This document shows positions 10,923 through 20,304 of a stretch of DNA of 35,391 nt, piece after piece (position 1 is the stretch's first letter; every line of letters starts with the position of its first letter). The position numbers and the translations under genes are program-made. This stretch comes from an uncultured Acidobacteriota bacterium. Lineage in GTDB: Bacteria; Acidobacteriota; UBA6911. The notes under the pieces were generated by a model, which saw nothing but the letters and a program-made list of their open reading frames with translations, was not told where the DNA came from and searched no databases. Location: positions 1-35,391 of the forward strand of contig CAWHCF010000039.1 in NCBI GenBank assembly GCA_963827655.1, written 5' to 3'.

Positions 10923-11972
10923 ATGAATACCCGTTCATTGCAGCTCGTGTTTCTTGGGTCTCTTGCCGGATTCGTCGCCGGCCTTTCCCCGGTTTCCGCT
11001 CGCACGAAAACCGACATACTGCACATGAAGAATGGCGACAAGATCACATGCGAGATCAAGAGGATGGAACACGGCCAGCTTCTCGTAAAGACCGCCTACA
11101 CGAAGGGTACGCTGACCATCAACTGGGAGAAGATCGAGCGCATCGAGAGCAAGCAGTTATTTGTGCTGGAGACCGAACAGGGCAACTACTACTCGGGCGA
11201 GATTCGAACCGACGCCAAGGAGAGTCAGAACGTGGACGTGACCCTGGGAGGAACCGAGACGGTTCTCCGACAAAAGATGGTTGTCTCCATGGAGCAACTC
11301 GGCCGCGGCTTCATCGGGCGAATGAAGGGCGCCGTGGACTATGGATTCAGCTTTGCGCGCTCGAACAACCAAGCCCAGTCCACTTTGCATCTCGATCTCA
11401 ATTCGCGGAGCGAAAACACCTATACCTCGTTTGTCGCAGACTCACTGTTTAGTTCCACGGCCGGCGTCGACACCAACCGGCACTCGGCATCCACGAGCTA
11501 CTCCCACCGCCTGAGGTCCTCGAACTGGGGTCTCATCGGCTTTGCCACCGCATTGAAGAGCGACCAACAACAGCTCGACCTGCGCACTAATCTGGGCGGA
11601 GGCGTTGAGCGGCGCTTTATTTACACCAACCGGAACTATCTGATCGGCACGTTCGGAGCCGTTTATACGAAGGAAAAATTCTCCGAGCCGTTCAACGGCG
11701 CGAGTCATTTCAACAGCGCCGAAGGCGCCCTCGGTATCAAGCACTCCAGTTTCCGGTTTGATTCGACCGAGTGGATAAACACGCTGTGGGTCTATCCCAG
11801 CATGACCGATGGCGGCCGCTTGCGCAGTACGTTCGACAGCAGCTTGTACCTCGACCTGGTAGGCGATCTCTACTTTCGTCTCGGGTTCTACCACAACTAC
11901 GACAGCCGGCCGCCCACAGACACGCCCAAAATTGATTACGGAGGCACCACCTCGGTCGGGTGGTCGTTCTGA
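10923..11972 (+). CDS. Second DUF481-like outer-membrane beta-barrel protein
   Basis: Signal peptide, KTDILHMKNGDKITCEIK N-domain, QLDLRTNLGGG, YDSRPP and C-terminal aromatic strand SVGWSF. Confidence 0.78.
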   Translation: MNTRSLQLVFLGSLAGFVAGLSPVSARTKTDILHMKNGDKITCEIKRMEHGQLLVKTAYTKGTLTINWEKIERIESKQLFVLETEQGNYYSGEIRTDAKESQNVDVTLGGTETVLRQKMVVSMEQLGRGFIGRMKGAVDYGFSFARSNNQAQSTLHLDLNSRSENTYTSFVADSLFSSTAGVDTNRHSASTSYSHRLRSSNWGLIGFATALKSDQQQLDLRTNLGGGVERRFIYTNRNYLIGTFGAVYTKEKFSEPFNGASHFNSAEGALGIKHSSFRFDSTEWINTLWVYPSMTDGGRLRSTFDSSLYLDLVGDLYFRLGFYHNYDSRPPTDTPKIDYGGTTSVGWSF

Positions 11973-11981
11973 GGGTTCGCA

Positions 11982-12051
11982 TTGTGTCTTTGTGTCTTCG
12001 TGGTTAGAGCTGTCTGACAAATACCTCTAAGACTCAAAGACACGAAGAAAC
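11982..12051. repeat. Octamer-periodic repeat, back-to-back pair
   Basis: TTGTGTCTTTGTGTCTTCGTGGTT-agagctgtctgacaaat-ACCTCTAAG-ACTCAAAG-ACACGAAG-AAAC, lying between convergent genes. Confidence 0.88.
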
Positions 12052-12069
12052 AGCATTAGAAGTCATCTC

Positions 12070-12936
12070 CTAGACCGCCCTGGGAGCCGCGGCGCGGCGG
12101 CGTCTGATCCAGATCATGTACGGAATCGACACAACCGCGCCCACGAGCACATAGAGCAGGAGCGCGGCAAGCGCGAGCTTCTGCTCGGGGAAGATGGCCT
12201 GCGCAATTCCGACCGCAACCCCGGGGTGCCTCGAGGCCGTGGAGAGCGCGAGCACGGTGCGATCTTCGAGGTCCGGCCCGCCCAGCAGATGACCTACTGC
12301 GAGCCCGACAACGACGAACCCTGCGAGTCCGGCGATGGTCCCGTTGCCGATCAGGGACCAGATCGCCGGGAATTGCGTGAACAAAACGGGCACGATGGCT
12401 GCGGCGAGCATTATCGTAGCCACCAGGGAAACCGGCGCGGCAATCCGATCCGCAAAGGCCGGCGCCACACTGTGGACTGCAATGCCGGCAGCAAGCGGCG
12501 CGAGTACCGTCATGAGGACGATCATCGCTATCGCTCCGGGCGACAATGCGAGGGGAATCGAGAAGATTCGCCCCAGTACCTCCAGCGCGAGCGGCACGAA
12601 CACAATCGAGAGCAACGCCGCCGCCGCCAGCAGGCCGATCGTGTAAGACCGCTTTCCGCCTGCCTTCAGCTTTTTCTTTGTGAGGACGGGCGGAAGAGGC
12701 GACACCGACAACGCACCTATGGCGACCTTCACAGCCGGATGCAAATCGAAGGCTGCGATGAGTACGGCGGCGAACACGGGCATCACGACGTTCATCGACA
12801 GCAGCGACCGTGCGAGCTGCCCCGGCCTGCGGAAGAGATATATCGCGTCTTGCGGGCTCGCTTTGAGAGCGAAACCGAAGACCGTCAGAAAAATGCTTAC
12901 CCTGACCGCCAGAATAATCAGATCAGCCAAATTCAT
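12070..12936 (-). CDS. Bile acid:sodium symporter (BASS/SBF-like) family transporter
   Basis: Highly hydrophobic 288 aa with RSLLSMNVVMP, SPLPP, VGHLLGGP..EDRTVLALSTASRHPGVA; TAAGGAG RBS. Confidence 0.85.
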   Translation of the reverse strand: MNLADLIILAVRVSIFLTVFGFALKASPQDAIYLFRRPGQLARSLLSMNVVMPVFAAVLIAAFDLHPAVKVAIGALSVSPLPPVLTKKKLKAGGKRSYTIGLLAAAALLSIVFVPLALEVLGRIFSIPLALSPGAIAMIVLMTVLAPLAAGIAVHSVAPAFADRIAAPVSLVATIMLAAAIVPVLFTQFPAIWSLIGNGTIAGLAGFVVVGLAVGHLLGGPDLEDRTVLALSTASRHPGVAVGIAQAIFPEQKLALAALLLYVLVGAVVSIPYMIWIRRRRAAAPRAV

Positions 12937-12950
12937 CTCTGGTCTCCTTA

Positions 12951-13093
12951 GGGCTCGCGCAGAAATAACTTCACATTCTGGCGCGAGAGTCGGTGGTCAA
13001 TCATAAACCGGTTTTTGTTGCAGCTACCTGGCACGCTGAGGATCGCGCCCCTTCGGGCTGCAGCAGAATGCGAACTTATTTCTGCGCGAACCC
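12951..13093. mobile_element. MITE-A, short (143 bp) copy
   Basis: 30-bp imperfect TIRs (GGGCTCGCGCAGAAATAACTTCACATTCTG and reverse complement GGGTTCGCGCAGAAATAAGTTCGCATTCTG, 27/30), flanked by TTA and TTT; colinear with the inverted copy at 21047-21283. Confidence 0.85.
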
Positions 13094-13119
13094 TTTTCAC
13101 GGCTTGGCAATGTCTGTTC

Positions 13120-13476
13120 TTACTTTTTCTCGGGTTCGGAGCCGGGTTCCGTGTATTTTTCGAGATCCCTCTCGAGGAAGAAGTTGAGGAAGGTCCGAAT
13201 GACCGCGATCGCTCCAAGTTCCCCGATGTCCTGCCAGGTGGGAGAGATCACGCTCCGCACGATGTCTGCCGCCAGCTCGAACTCCAGTCCCAGCAGCAGC
13301 CACATCCCGAAGCGCAACCATACCGACTTCCTTTCGCCCATGCTTTTCTGCGGCACCAGGACAATCTTGAGTATGCGCAGGAATGCCTCCAGCGCCCCGA
13401 AGCCGACGATGGCGATCGCCGCAACTTCGACCGCCAGCGCCACGTAGCTCGCAACTTCCTTGATCACTTCTTCCAT
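13120..13476 (-). CDS. DUF1622 family membrane protein
   Basis: WLLLGLEFELAADIVRSVISPTWQDIGELGAIAVIRTFLNFFLERD signature. Confidence 0.9.
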   Translation of the reverse strand: MEEVIKEVASYVALAVEVAAIAIVGFGALEAFLRILKIVLVPQKSMGERKSVWLRFGMWLLLGLEFELAADIVRSVISPTWQDIGELGAIAVIRTFLNFFLERDLEKYTEPGSEPEKK

Positions 13477-13606
13477 ACGAAGATCCTCCGCCCAGGAACA
13501 TCGACCGCCTCAGACTCAAAGCCAAAGAAAGCTCTTTCGGAGTTTGGCAAATTTTTCGCGGCGAGGCTTTGGAGTGCGGTCGCTGGCAGAGATCTCTTTG
13601 TATTTA

Positions 13607-13675
13607 CTTCGTGTCTTCGTGGTTAGAGCTGTCGGTCAAATACCACTAAGACTCAAAGCCACGAAGAAACACGAG
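13607..13675. repeat. Octamer-periodic repeat, back-to-back pair; near-identical direct copy of 11982-12051 including spacer
   Basis: CTTCGTGTCTTCGTGGTT-agagctgtcggtcaaat-ACCACTAAG-ACTCAAAG-CCACGAAG-AAACACGAG. Confidence 0.88.
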
Positions 13676-13760
13676 AATATTGCCAAAAAAGCGAGAATTT
13701 ACGACCTGGTAATACGAAGAGGCAAAAGAACACTCTGGTCGAGGCAAGGCACCGCACTGG

Positions 13761-14744
13761 TCATCTCGTCACGCGAACGATGCAGCGGAACCCCAAGTGG
13801 CACGTCGAGGTATCGATCGGCTGCGCCATTCGAGCCGCCGGCCGGTAACGCCGGCAGTAGTTCGGCGCGCAGAGATACGACCCGCCTTTCATCACCTTGC
13901 GCGGGATTTTGACGTCGGGCATGTTTGGGTCGTAGCTCCCTTCCTGCTCTCCACCCTTGGGATTAAAGTTTGCGCAGCAGGATTGAGGGACCTTGCTATG
14001 TTCCCGATACCAGTCCGTGGTCCACTCCCAGACGTTGCCGGCCACGTCGCAGAGCCCGTAACCGTTCGGCGGAAAGACGCCGACAGGCGACGTCCCCTCA
14101 TATCCGTCGCTCTTCAGGTTCTGCCAGGGAAACTCCCCTTGCCAGGTGTTGGCCATCTGCTTGCCGCCGGGGGTGAATTCGCTGCCCCAGGCGAACTCCG
14201 CCCCTTCCAGTCCTCCGCGCGCGGCAAACTCCCACTCCGCCTCGGTTGGCAACTCTTTTCCAATCCATTTTGCGTAGCTCTCGACATCCTCGAATGCCAC
14301 CTGAACCACCGGGTTCTTCCCGCGTCCTTTCAACGTGCTGGTCGGTCCTTCCGGATGGCGCCAGTTCGCGCCCGGAACGTAGGTCCACCAGTTGTAACAA
14401 TCACGAAGATCGACGCGCTGGCGCGGCTTTTGGAAAACAACCGAAGCGGGCACCAGCAATTCCGGCTTGGCTCCCGGGTAGTCCGCTGGATTCGGTGGCC
14501 GCTCGGCCAGCGTGACATGACCCGTAGCCTCCACAAAGCGACCGAACTCCTCGTTGGTCACCGGGTACCTGTCAATCCAGAAACCGTCTACTGTGGCTTG
14601 ATGCGCAGGCGCTTCTTCCGGGTAGTGGTTGTCGGAGCCCATGAGGAACGTTCCTCCCGGGACCCACACCATGTTCTCGAACGGCGGCTTCTCAGGCGCC
14701 CGTGAATCACCCTGGGCCAAAGCCATGTTCATCGAATTGCTCAT
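13761..14744 (-). CDS. Formylglycine-generating enzyme (SUMF1/FGE, sulfatase maturase)
   Basis: VPGGTFLMGS..YPEEAP, LPTEAEWEFAARGG, NGYGL.D.AGNVWEW and catalytic KGGSYLCAPNYCRRYRPAAR. Confidence 0.93.
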   Translation of the reverse strand: MSNSMNMALAQGDSRAPEKPPFENMVWVPGGTFLMGSDNHYPEEAPAHQATVDGFWIDRYPVTNEEFGRFVEATGHVTLAERPPNPADYPGAKPELLVPASVVFQKPRQRVDLRDCYNWWTYVPGANWRHPEGPTSTLKGRGKNPVVQVAFEDVESYAKWIGKELPTEAEWEFAARGGLEGAEFAWGSEFTPGGKQMANTWQGEFPWQNLKSDGYEGTSPVGVFPPNGYGLCDVAGNVWEWTTDWYREHSKVPQSCCANFNPKGGEQEGSYDPNMPDVKIPRKVMKGGSYLCAPNYCRRYRPAARMAQPIDTSTCHLGFRCIVRVTR

Positions 14745-15116
14745 AGCTTCTCCTTTTACTCCGCGGCTCAGTTTCGCAGAGACCCAAGGGCCGCCGCACG
14801 CTCAGCCGCTTTTCCAACTTGAGAGTCCAGCGCGTCAGATTTGTGCCGCCGGAAGTAAGAGCCGCTCGCTCGAGCTGGAAAACTCGCAAGGATTCTAGAG
14901 TTTTAGCCCACCAGGAGGACCGATTGCCAGAGCCGGAAGCCGTCCAGGTTGCGGTCGGCTGAGTCCATGATTGAAGCCTCCGCCGTCTTGTCACTCAGCC
15001 CGTCGGTCATTATCCCTTTTTGGGCCTTTCGGGCGTACTTCGGGCCGGCGATCCAATGATATTGACCGCGTCGCGGTTGCCACCGTTCCGGTTACCCCGG
15101 TACCCGAATGAATGAG

Positions 15117-15901
15117 TTATCGAAAATTGAAGCCGACTATCAATTTGATGCTCGGACTTCCATAGGCTCCCGCCCGCAGTTCCGCAAACAACCCGCCTCG
15201 CTTCTGAATCCCCATGATAAGGTTAAGTCCGGTGCTGAAGTCCCAATCTCCGAAATCGATCTGCTGCTCCTGCCTCCTCGAAACCACGCCTGCTTCAAGT
15301 GAATACCCAGGCCGGCACCAAAATAAACGTTCCAGAATTCAATCTGTTGGGTGCTTCTATCGCGAGCCGTCACGGGTATGAAATACACGCCGTCGAGGTT
15401 AAGCGAGTTGATCTTGGTGACCTCCCCGAAGCCGAACTCATAGCTGGGGCGAGCAAAGAATCTCTTCGTGATCGGCAGCTGAGCGTGAGCGCCCATGTAG
15501 ATTATCGCCGGATCGAAACCGACGCCGCCACGAACGCCAAATGTCGCGCGGTCCACCGCCTCTTTCATGCTTTGTGGAAGAGCCGTCGCCGGCGTATCGC
15601 AGGTGGCCGACAACTGCTCGATTTTCGAAACACGGAACAGATCCTCGCCCTGTTCCCGAACCGTCATCCCGGTCAACCTGACCTTTTGACCTGAGGTGTA
15701 ACGCGCCAGATCGTCCAAACCGGTGACCAGAAGAGTGAAACCGGTCTCTGCTTCCCGTATCGAATAGAATCCCGGGCGGTCGGCCCGGGCGCTCAGGGGG
15801 CAACCGATAATCGTGTCGCGGGTCTGACCAAAAACCTGCACTGTCAGTCCGGACCACATTAAAATGATCCACACTCTCATGGGCAAAACTCGACTCAACA
15901 T
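15117..15901 (-). CDS. Putative outer-membrane beta-barrel protein with small N-terminal domain; frameshift(s) near 15270-15297
   Basis: AAAAGGAG RBS before ATG 15901, signal peptide and alternating strands (FGVRGGVGFDP, RPSYEFGFGE, NVYFGAGLG). A shifted frame continues IDFGDWDFSTGLNLIMG...IKLIVGFNFR* and ends at 15117. Confidence 0.65.
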
Positions 15902-16127
15902 GTCTAAGCTCCTTTTCACACAGTGTATTCCTGGCCGCTAAACGTCTCCCTGAGCCGATACTAGTGAAGTGTCTTTTCGTATGGAATCAAGCAGATTTGG
16001 TATTTGGGCGGATATTTTCCCGTAACAACCGAGTCCGAGGCAGTACCTCGGTTGTGGGTCCATCGTAGCCGGATTCAGTATTTTCCTTGAGTCAACAATA
16101 GCCTGATTTCAAAAAAGGGGGATGCGA

Positions 16128-16202
16128 TTCTTGGTGTTTCTTCGTGTCTTCGCGTCTTGGTGGTACAGCGCTAACCACGAAGGCACGAAAAGGCTAAAGA
16201 AG
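16128..16202. repeat. Octamer-periodic repeat, back-to-back pair abutting the M48 stop codon
   Basis: TTCTTGGTGTTTCTTCGTGTCTTCGCGTCTTGGTGGT-acagcgct-AACCACGAAG-GCACGAAA-AGGCTAAAGAAG. Confidence 0.85.
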
Positions 16203-17591
16203 TCAGTCGCGGATTTGCAAAGAACGCAGCACGTTCTGGAATGCGCCCTGGTAGCTCTGGAAATCGTCCTGCGGCGCGAGTGCGATCACGTAGAACAAGT
16301 CGCCGTTGCGCAGCAAGGTCGTCCGCAGGCTCACAACCTCCCGACCTCCCGTCGCTTCTGAGACGTTCGCGAGTCTCGCAACCAGCCCGTCTCGTCCCCC
16401 AAGGGCGGCGCGCTGATAGCTGTCGCTTTGACGCAGATTTCGATTGCCCTGTGCCAGCGACTGGATGAACTGGTCGGTCGCCTGGCGCAGGTCGCGGCTC
16501 TGGGCGCGCGTAACGCCGACGTTGACCGCGTGGGTAAATACGGTCTGACCCTGAATCTGGCCGGAGCCGCCTTCGGGCACAAACCAGACCGAGTTTTCGC
16601 TGGGCATCTCGCGCCAATTCTCGGGGACGTCGACGCGGAATAGATTGCTTCCTGAATAGGTACGGTACTGCGTGGAAGGGGCTTCAACCTTTCCTGGCGG
16701 GCGGCTCTCTCCTCCCCGCGCGAGCTCACCTTTCGGGTTTGCAGGCCGGCCGGAACCCAAGCGCGATTGAATCTGCGTGAACTCCTCCGACTCTTTCTTC
16801 GGGTTCTCAACCCGCATCGCCCGGGCTTCTTGCTCGATCCGCCCGTAGCGGTTATCAGGATTGGGATGGCTGCTCAACCACTGTGGCTGGCCGCCTCCGC
16901 CCTGTTGTGCAATGGTCTTGAACATATTCGCCAGATCGCGCGGGTCATAGTTTGCACGCGCCAGGATCTGCGAGCCGAGTATGTCTGCCTCACTTTCGAA
17001 TTCGCGGCTGTATTTCAAGCCCCATACCCCGAACCCGGTTTGAGCCCCCTGAGCAATAATCTCGCCCAGGCCGCCGCCGACGACCGCACCTCCTATTATC
17101 CCTGCCAGGCTTCCCCACTGAAGCTTTTCGCTTTTGGTCTGCTGGGCCGTACCGTGCCGCAGCGCAACGTGGCTGATCTCGTGCGCCATCACTCCCGCCA
17201 TCTCCCCTTCCACGTGCGCCGCCCGGATCATCCCGGTGTTGACGTACATCGGCCCCCCGGGCAGTGCAAAAGCGTTGATTTCTTTCGCATCTACTACCTT
17301 GAAGCTGTATTGGAACACCGGCTGTTGAAACTCAGGCGGGATAGCCTCCACCAGAGCCCGCCCCACACCCCTGACATAATTGGTCACTTCCGCATCAGGC
17401 CACAGCTTGATTTGTTTCTCGATTTCCTGGACCGCGGCCTGGCCCAGTTCGACATCCTGGGCCGGAGTGTATTTGTTCTTGGCCAGCTTTATCTTGGTTT
17501 GCCCGGAGCTCGCCAGCGGCATCACGAGAATGACGATGGCGACGAACCGCATAATCAACTCATTGCAGAATCGGCACTTTTTTGTCGTCAT
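16203..17591 (-). CDS. M48-family zinc metalloprotease (BepA/YfgC-like) with extra C-terminal domain
   Basis: INAFALPGG, AGVMAHEISHV (HExxH), YSREFESEAD and WLSSHP motifs; GAGGAGG RBS before ATG 17591. Confidence 0.9.
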   Translation of the reverse strand: MTTKKCRFCNELIMRFVAIVILVMPLASSGQTKIKLAKNKYTPAQDVELGQAAVQEIEKQIKLWPDAEVTNYVRGVGRALVEAIPPEFQQPVFQYSFKVVDAKEINAFALPGGPMYVNTGMIRAAHVEGEMAGVMAHEISHVALRHGTAQQTKSEKLQWGSLAGIIGGAVVGGGLGEIIAQGAQTGFGVWGLKYSREFESEADILGSQILARANYDPRDLANMFKTIAQQGGGGQPQWLSSHPNPDNRYGRIEQEARAMRVENPKKESEEFTQIQSRLGSGRPANPKGELARGGESRPPGKVEAPSTQYRTYSGSNLFRVDVPENWREMPSENSVWFVPEGGSGQIQGQTVFTHAVNVGVTRAQSRDLRQATDQFIQSLAQGNRNLRQSDSYQRAALGGRDGLVARLANVSEATGGREVVSLRTTLLRNGDLFYVIALAPQDDFQSYQGAFQNVLRSLQIRD

Positions 17592-17691
17592 TACAGTCCT
17601 CCTCGAGGGCAGGGCCCGACCTCGCTTAAGACGAAGCCTGTCAAAGTGTATCACTGCGTCGGGCACGCGACACCTTGTATTTCCTCGGTGT

Positions 17692-20073
17692 CTATTTTGT
17701 CAGGCCAAGCGGCACGACGAACTCCACCGGCGCGTCATCGGTTCCCGGCTCAGCGGGGACCTGGCCGCCACGCCCGAGGTCGCCCCAGCGCAACGGACCG
17801 TGCGGGCCGTGCAAGATGAGCCGCACACAGTTGGCCGAACCCTCGACCCGGACCTCCATGAAGCTCTGGAAAAACGGCGCCTGGTTGAAGTCGAACACAC
17901 CCGATAAGGTCTCCACCGAGACCGGCCAGGCGTTGAAGTAGCGCACCCACCACCAGACCGGACGCTTCCAGGGGGGTGTCTCGGCCTCGAGCTTGGCAGC
18001 CACCGCCGCCGTGCTTGGATAGAAGGCATAGTCCGGCACCGGCGGAAGGCTCGGCCAGGCAAGGGCCGTGCCGATGCTGAGATAGGCTCCGCCCCCGCCG
18101 TTGACGAAGTGGTGCATGCTTCGCGGGTCTGACGGCGACCCCCAACGCTCGTGGTAATACTCAAAATCGTGGGTATCGCCCGCCATCACCACCGCCACGC
18201 CACGATCGCGCAGCAGCCGGTGCAGCGCCGAAAATGTCGGGTCGGCGGCGCCCTGGTACACACCGCCGGCATAAAAGGGATGCCCAAGCACCGCCATGAC
18301 AAACTTGCCGCGGGCGCGATCGAGGGCCGCTTCGAGCCAGGCTTGCTGCCTGGCATCAACGCGCTTCAGAATCCCCGTGTCCACGGCGATTAGGGAGAAG
18401 CGCTCACCCTGGATCTCGAAGAAAGTGCCATGCTGCCAGCCGGTGCGCACGCCGTACAGCGACTGCAACCGGCGGGCCTGGCTGATCATCGTCTCAACAC
18501 GCCCGCGCGTGGTGCTCGTCAGCCGGAAGTCCGCGGTCATCCTGGCGTGGATGGCAACCCGCGCCGCGTCCGGTTCCAGGAAGTTCGCGGCGAAGCCATT
18601 GAGAGCAGAGAACCAGTCGTGATTTCCAGGGATCGCATAGACAGGTTTGTCGAAGCCCTTGAACGGGAGGTAGAACTTCCTCTCGTAGTCTTTCATATCG
18701 CCGGACGGGTAGATCACGTCGGACGAGATCACCAGGAACTTGATGTCCGGACGACGCCCGACCTCCAGGTAGCGGTCCCGCAGGATATGCTGCGACGGAT
18801 CGCCCTCGCCCGGATCACCGATTACGATGAAGCTGAAATCCTCCGCCCCGGCTACTCCCGGCGGCTTCACTTCAAACAGGGAACTCTGAGCCGGGTCGAG
18901 ACTCCCGGCCTGCGCCAGCACGGCCTCGATCATGTGTACCCGCCACGGGTCAACCCGCTGTTCGACGATCCGGTTCCAGACCTCGCTGGCCCAGTTCTCC
19001 GTGTTGAAGTACCAGCTGAAGCCCCAGATCGGGTTAATCGCGACCAGGACGGCGGCCACCGGCAGACCCATCTGGATTGCGCGCGCTACCGACGCCCCCA
19101 GACCGGCGCGCGCCTGCTGGAGCCGCACGCTCAGACGCACACGCGCTTCGAGCCATCGCCGTGTCAGGCGATCTCCCAGGTCCAGATCCGACTCCCTGGC
19201 GCCGGTCGCGAGCGCACGCCTCCAGGCGCTCCGCTCGAGGGGCCGGGTCAGCTTTCGCGCCAGCAGGCGCGCCGGCAGGATGAGGAGAGCCCCGGCGAGC
19301 AAAGCTCCCAGCACGTCCCCGGCCACGGCCACCGCCGGTGACAAAAGGCCGAGGATGGTCCAGCTCGACTCCATCCGGCCGATGTGAATGGCGAAGAAGA
19401 TAATGACGAGCGTGAGACACCAGAAGCGATCGATCGGGCGCCGGACCTCCTCTGCTTCGGCGACCTTACGGTACAGACGGTCGAGCTCCGGCGACTGAGG
19501 GAGACCGAGGCGCTCCGCGGCATATCTCCCGGCGTCGGCACCGCCGGGCGCAACCCGTGGTGCCACGGGCGTAAGGAGCATCGACCATCCCGAGGCAAGT
19601 ACCCGAATGCCGATGAAGAGACCGAGCGCGACGATACCCACCGACGCCCGCTGCTTCCAGATAAGCGCCCCCAACGCGATGCTGACCGCGCCGTTGAAGA
19701 GCGTCCAGGCAACGGAGAGGCCGGCGGCGCCTCGGAGGGCGGCGACGATCTTGGCGAGCCCGTTGATGACGAACAAGCCCGCCAGGAGTACCAGGAGCCC
19801 GCTGAGCACGAACAGTGGGCGCAGGAACAGCAGCAGTCCGGCGAGGACCAGCAGTCCGCCGCCGGCATAGACCGCCCATCCGCTCCGGGAGCTGGTGAAG
19901 AAGACCGCCTCGCCGATCTCGACCGTGCCGGCAACCAGGAGCGCCAGGCCTAGCAGCGCGAGAGTCCACTCGCCCACCAAAAACGGGGACAGGATAACGA
20001 CGAGCCCCAGGGCAATCGTAATCAGACCCAGGATCGGACGTGACCGGGAAGAGTTAGATCCGAACCCCATCAT
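17692..20073 (-). CDS. HdeD/DUF308 membrane domain fused to a calcineurin-like metallophosphoesterase
   Basis: N-terminal six-TM HdeD-like region and further TMs, then SFIVIGDPGEG, SSDVIYP, IPGNHDW, LGHP, MAGDTH and VNGGGGA motifs. Start chosen at ATG 20073. Confidence 0.78.
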   Translation of the reverse strand: MMGFGSNSSRSRPILGLITIALGLVVILSPFLVGEWTLALLGLALLVAGTVEIGEAVFFTSSRSGWAVYAGGGLLVLAGLLLFLRPLFVLSGLLVLLAGLFVINGLAKIVAALRGAAGLSVAWTLFNGAVSIALGALIWKQRASVGIVALGLFIGIRVLASGWSMLLTPVAPRVAPGGADAGRYAAERLGLPQSPELDRLYRKVAEAEEVRRPIDRFWCLTLVIIFFAIHIGRMESSWTILGLLSPAVAVAGDVLGALLAGALLILPARLLARKLTRPLERSAWRRALATGARESDLDLGDRLTRRWLEARVRLSVRLQQARAGLGASVARAIQMGLPVAAVLVAINPIWGFSWYFNTENWASEVWNRIVEQRVDPWRVHMIEAVLAQAGSLDPAQSSLFEVKPPGVAGAEDFSFIVIGDPGEGDPSQHILRDRYLEVGRRPDIKFLVISSDVIYPSGDMKDYERKFYLPFKGFDKPVYAIPGNHDWFSALNGFAANFLEPDAARVAIHARMTADFRLTSTTRGRVETMISQARRLQSLYGVRTGWQHGTFFEIQGERFSLIAVDTGILKRVDARQQAWLEAALDRARGKFVMAVLGHPFYAGGVYQGAADPTFSALHRLLRDRGVAVVMAGDTHDFEYYHERWGSPSDPRSMHHFVNGGGGAYLSIGTALAWPSLPPVPDYAFYPSTAAVAAKLEAETPPWKRPVWWWVRYFNAWPVSVETLSGVFDFNQAPFFQSFMEVRVEGSANCVRLILHGPHGPLRWGDLGRGGQVPAEPGTDDAPVEFVVPLGLTK

Positions 20074-20304
20074 CGCAACCCTTGAGAAAACATGGAGGAC
20101 GACGACCCGCCGCCTTTGAGAGAGCCTGCTTTCCAAACCCCGCCAAGACGAGAATAGGCCAATGCCTCTTCACATGGAATCGAGTAGATTCGGTATTTGG
20201 GCACAAATAACTTCCAGGGCAACGGCTGGGTCGACTTGGTAGCCCGGTTGCGACTTGGCGGTACGGCGATTCGGTATTTCGCCTGAAGAGTCTGTTCCAA
20301 TCTG

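Noticed and set aside
13504-13530. Additional degenerate octamer arm (ACCGCCTCAGACTCAAAGCCAAAGAAA); similar weak match near 25885-25905
   Set aside because: Too degenerate to count by eye. A profile search is needed, and a true arm here would weaken the alternation argument.
11982-13675. Integron attC sites (GTTAGAG resembles GTTRRRY)
   Set aside because: No matching RYYYAAC/L-box architecture, blocks contain several genes in mixed orientation, and no integrase is present.
14760-15110. Possible small ORF or ncRNA between FGE and the OM barrel gene; likewise 4690-5100 and 25680-26200
   Set aside because: Translations gave no recognisable family, and I saw no convincing RNA motif.
17616-17644. 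TTGACA upstream of the M48 gene
   Set aside because: No acceptable -10 hexamer at 16-18 bp spacing.
16767-17819. Long antisense or alternate-frame ORFs (also 13797..14705, 18430..19341, 24267..25400, 24560..25567, 30970..32070)
   Set aside because: They are shadows of well-supported genes in GC-rich DNA, with no recognisable motifs.
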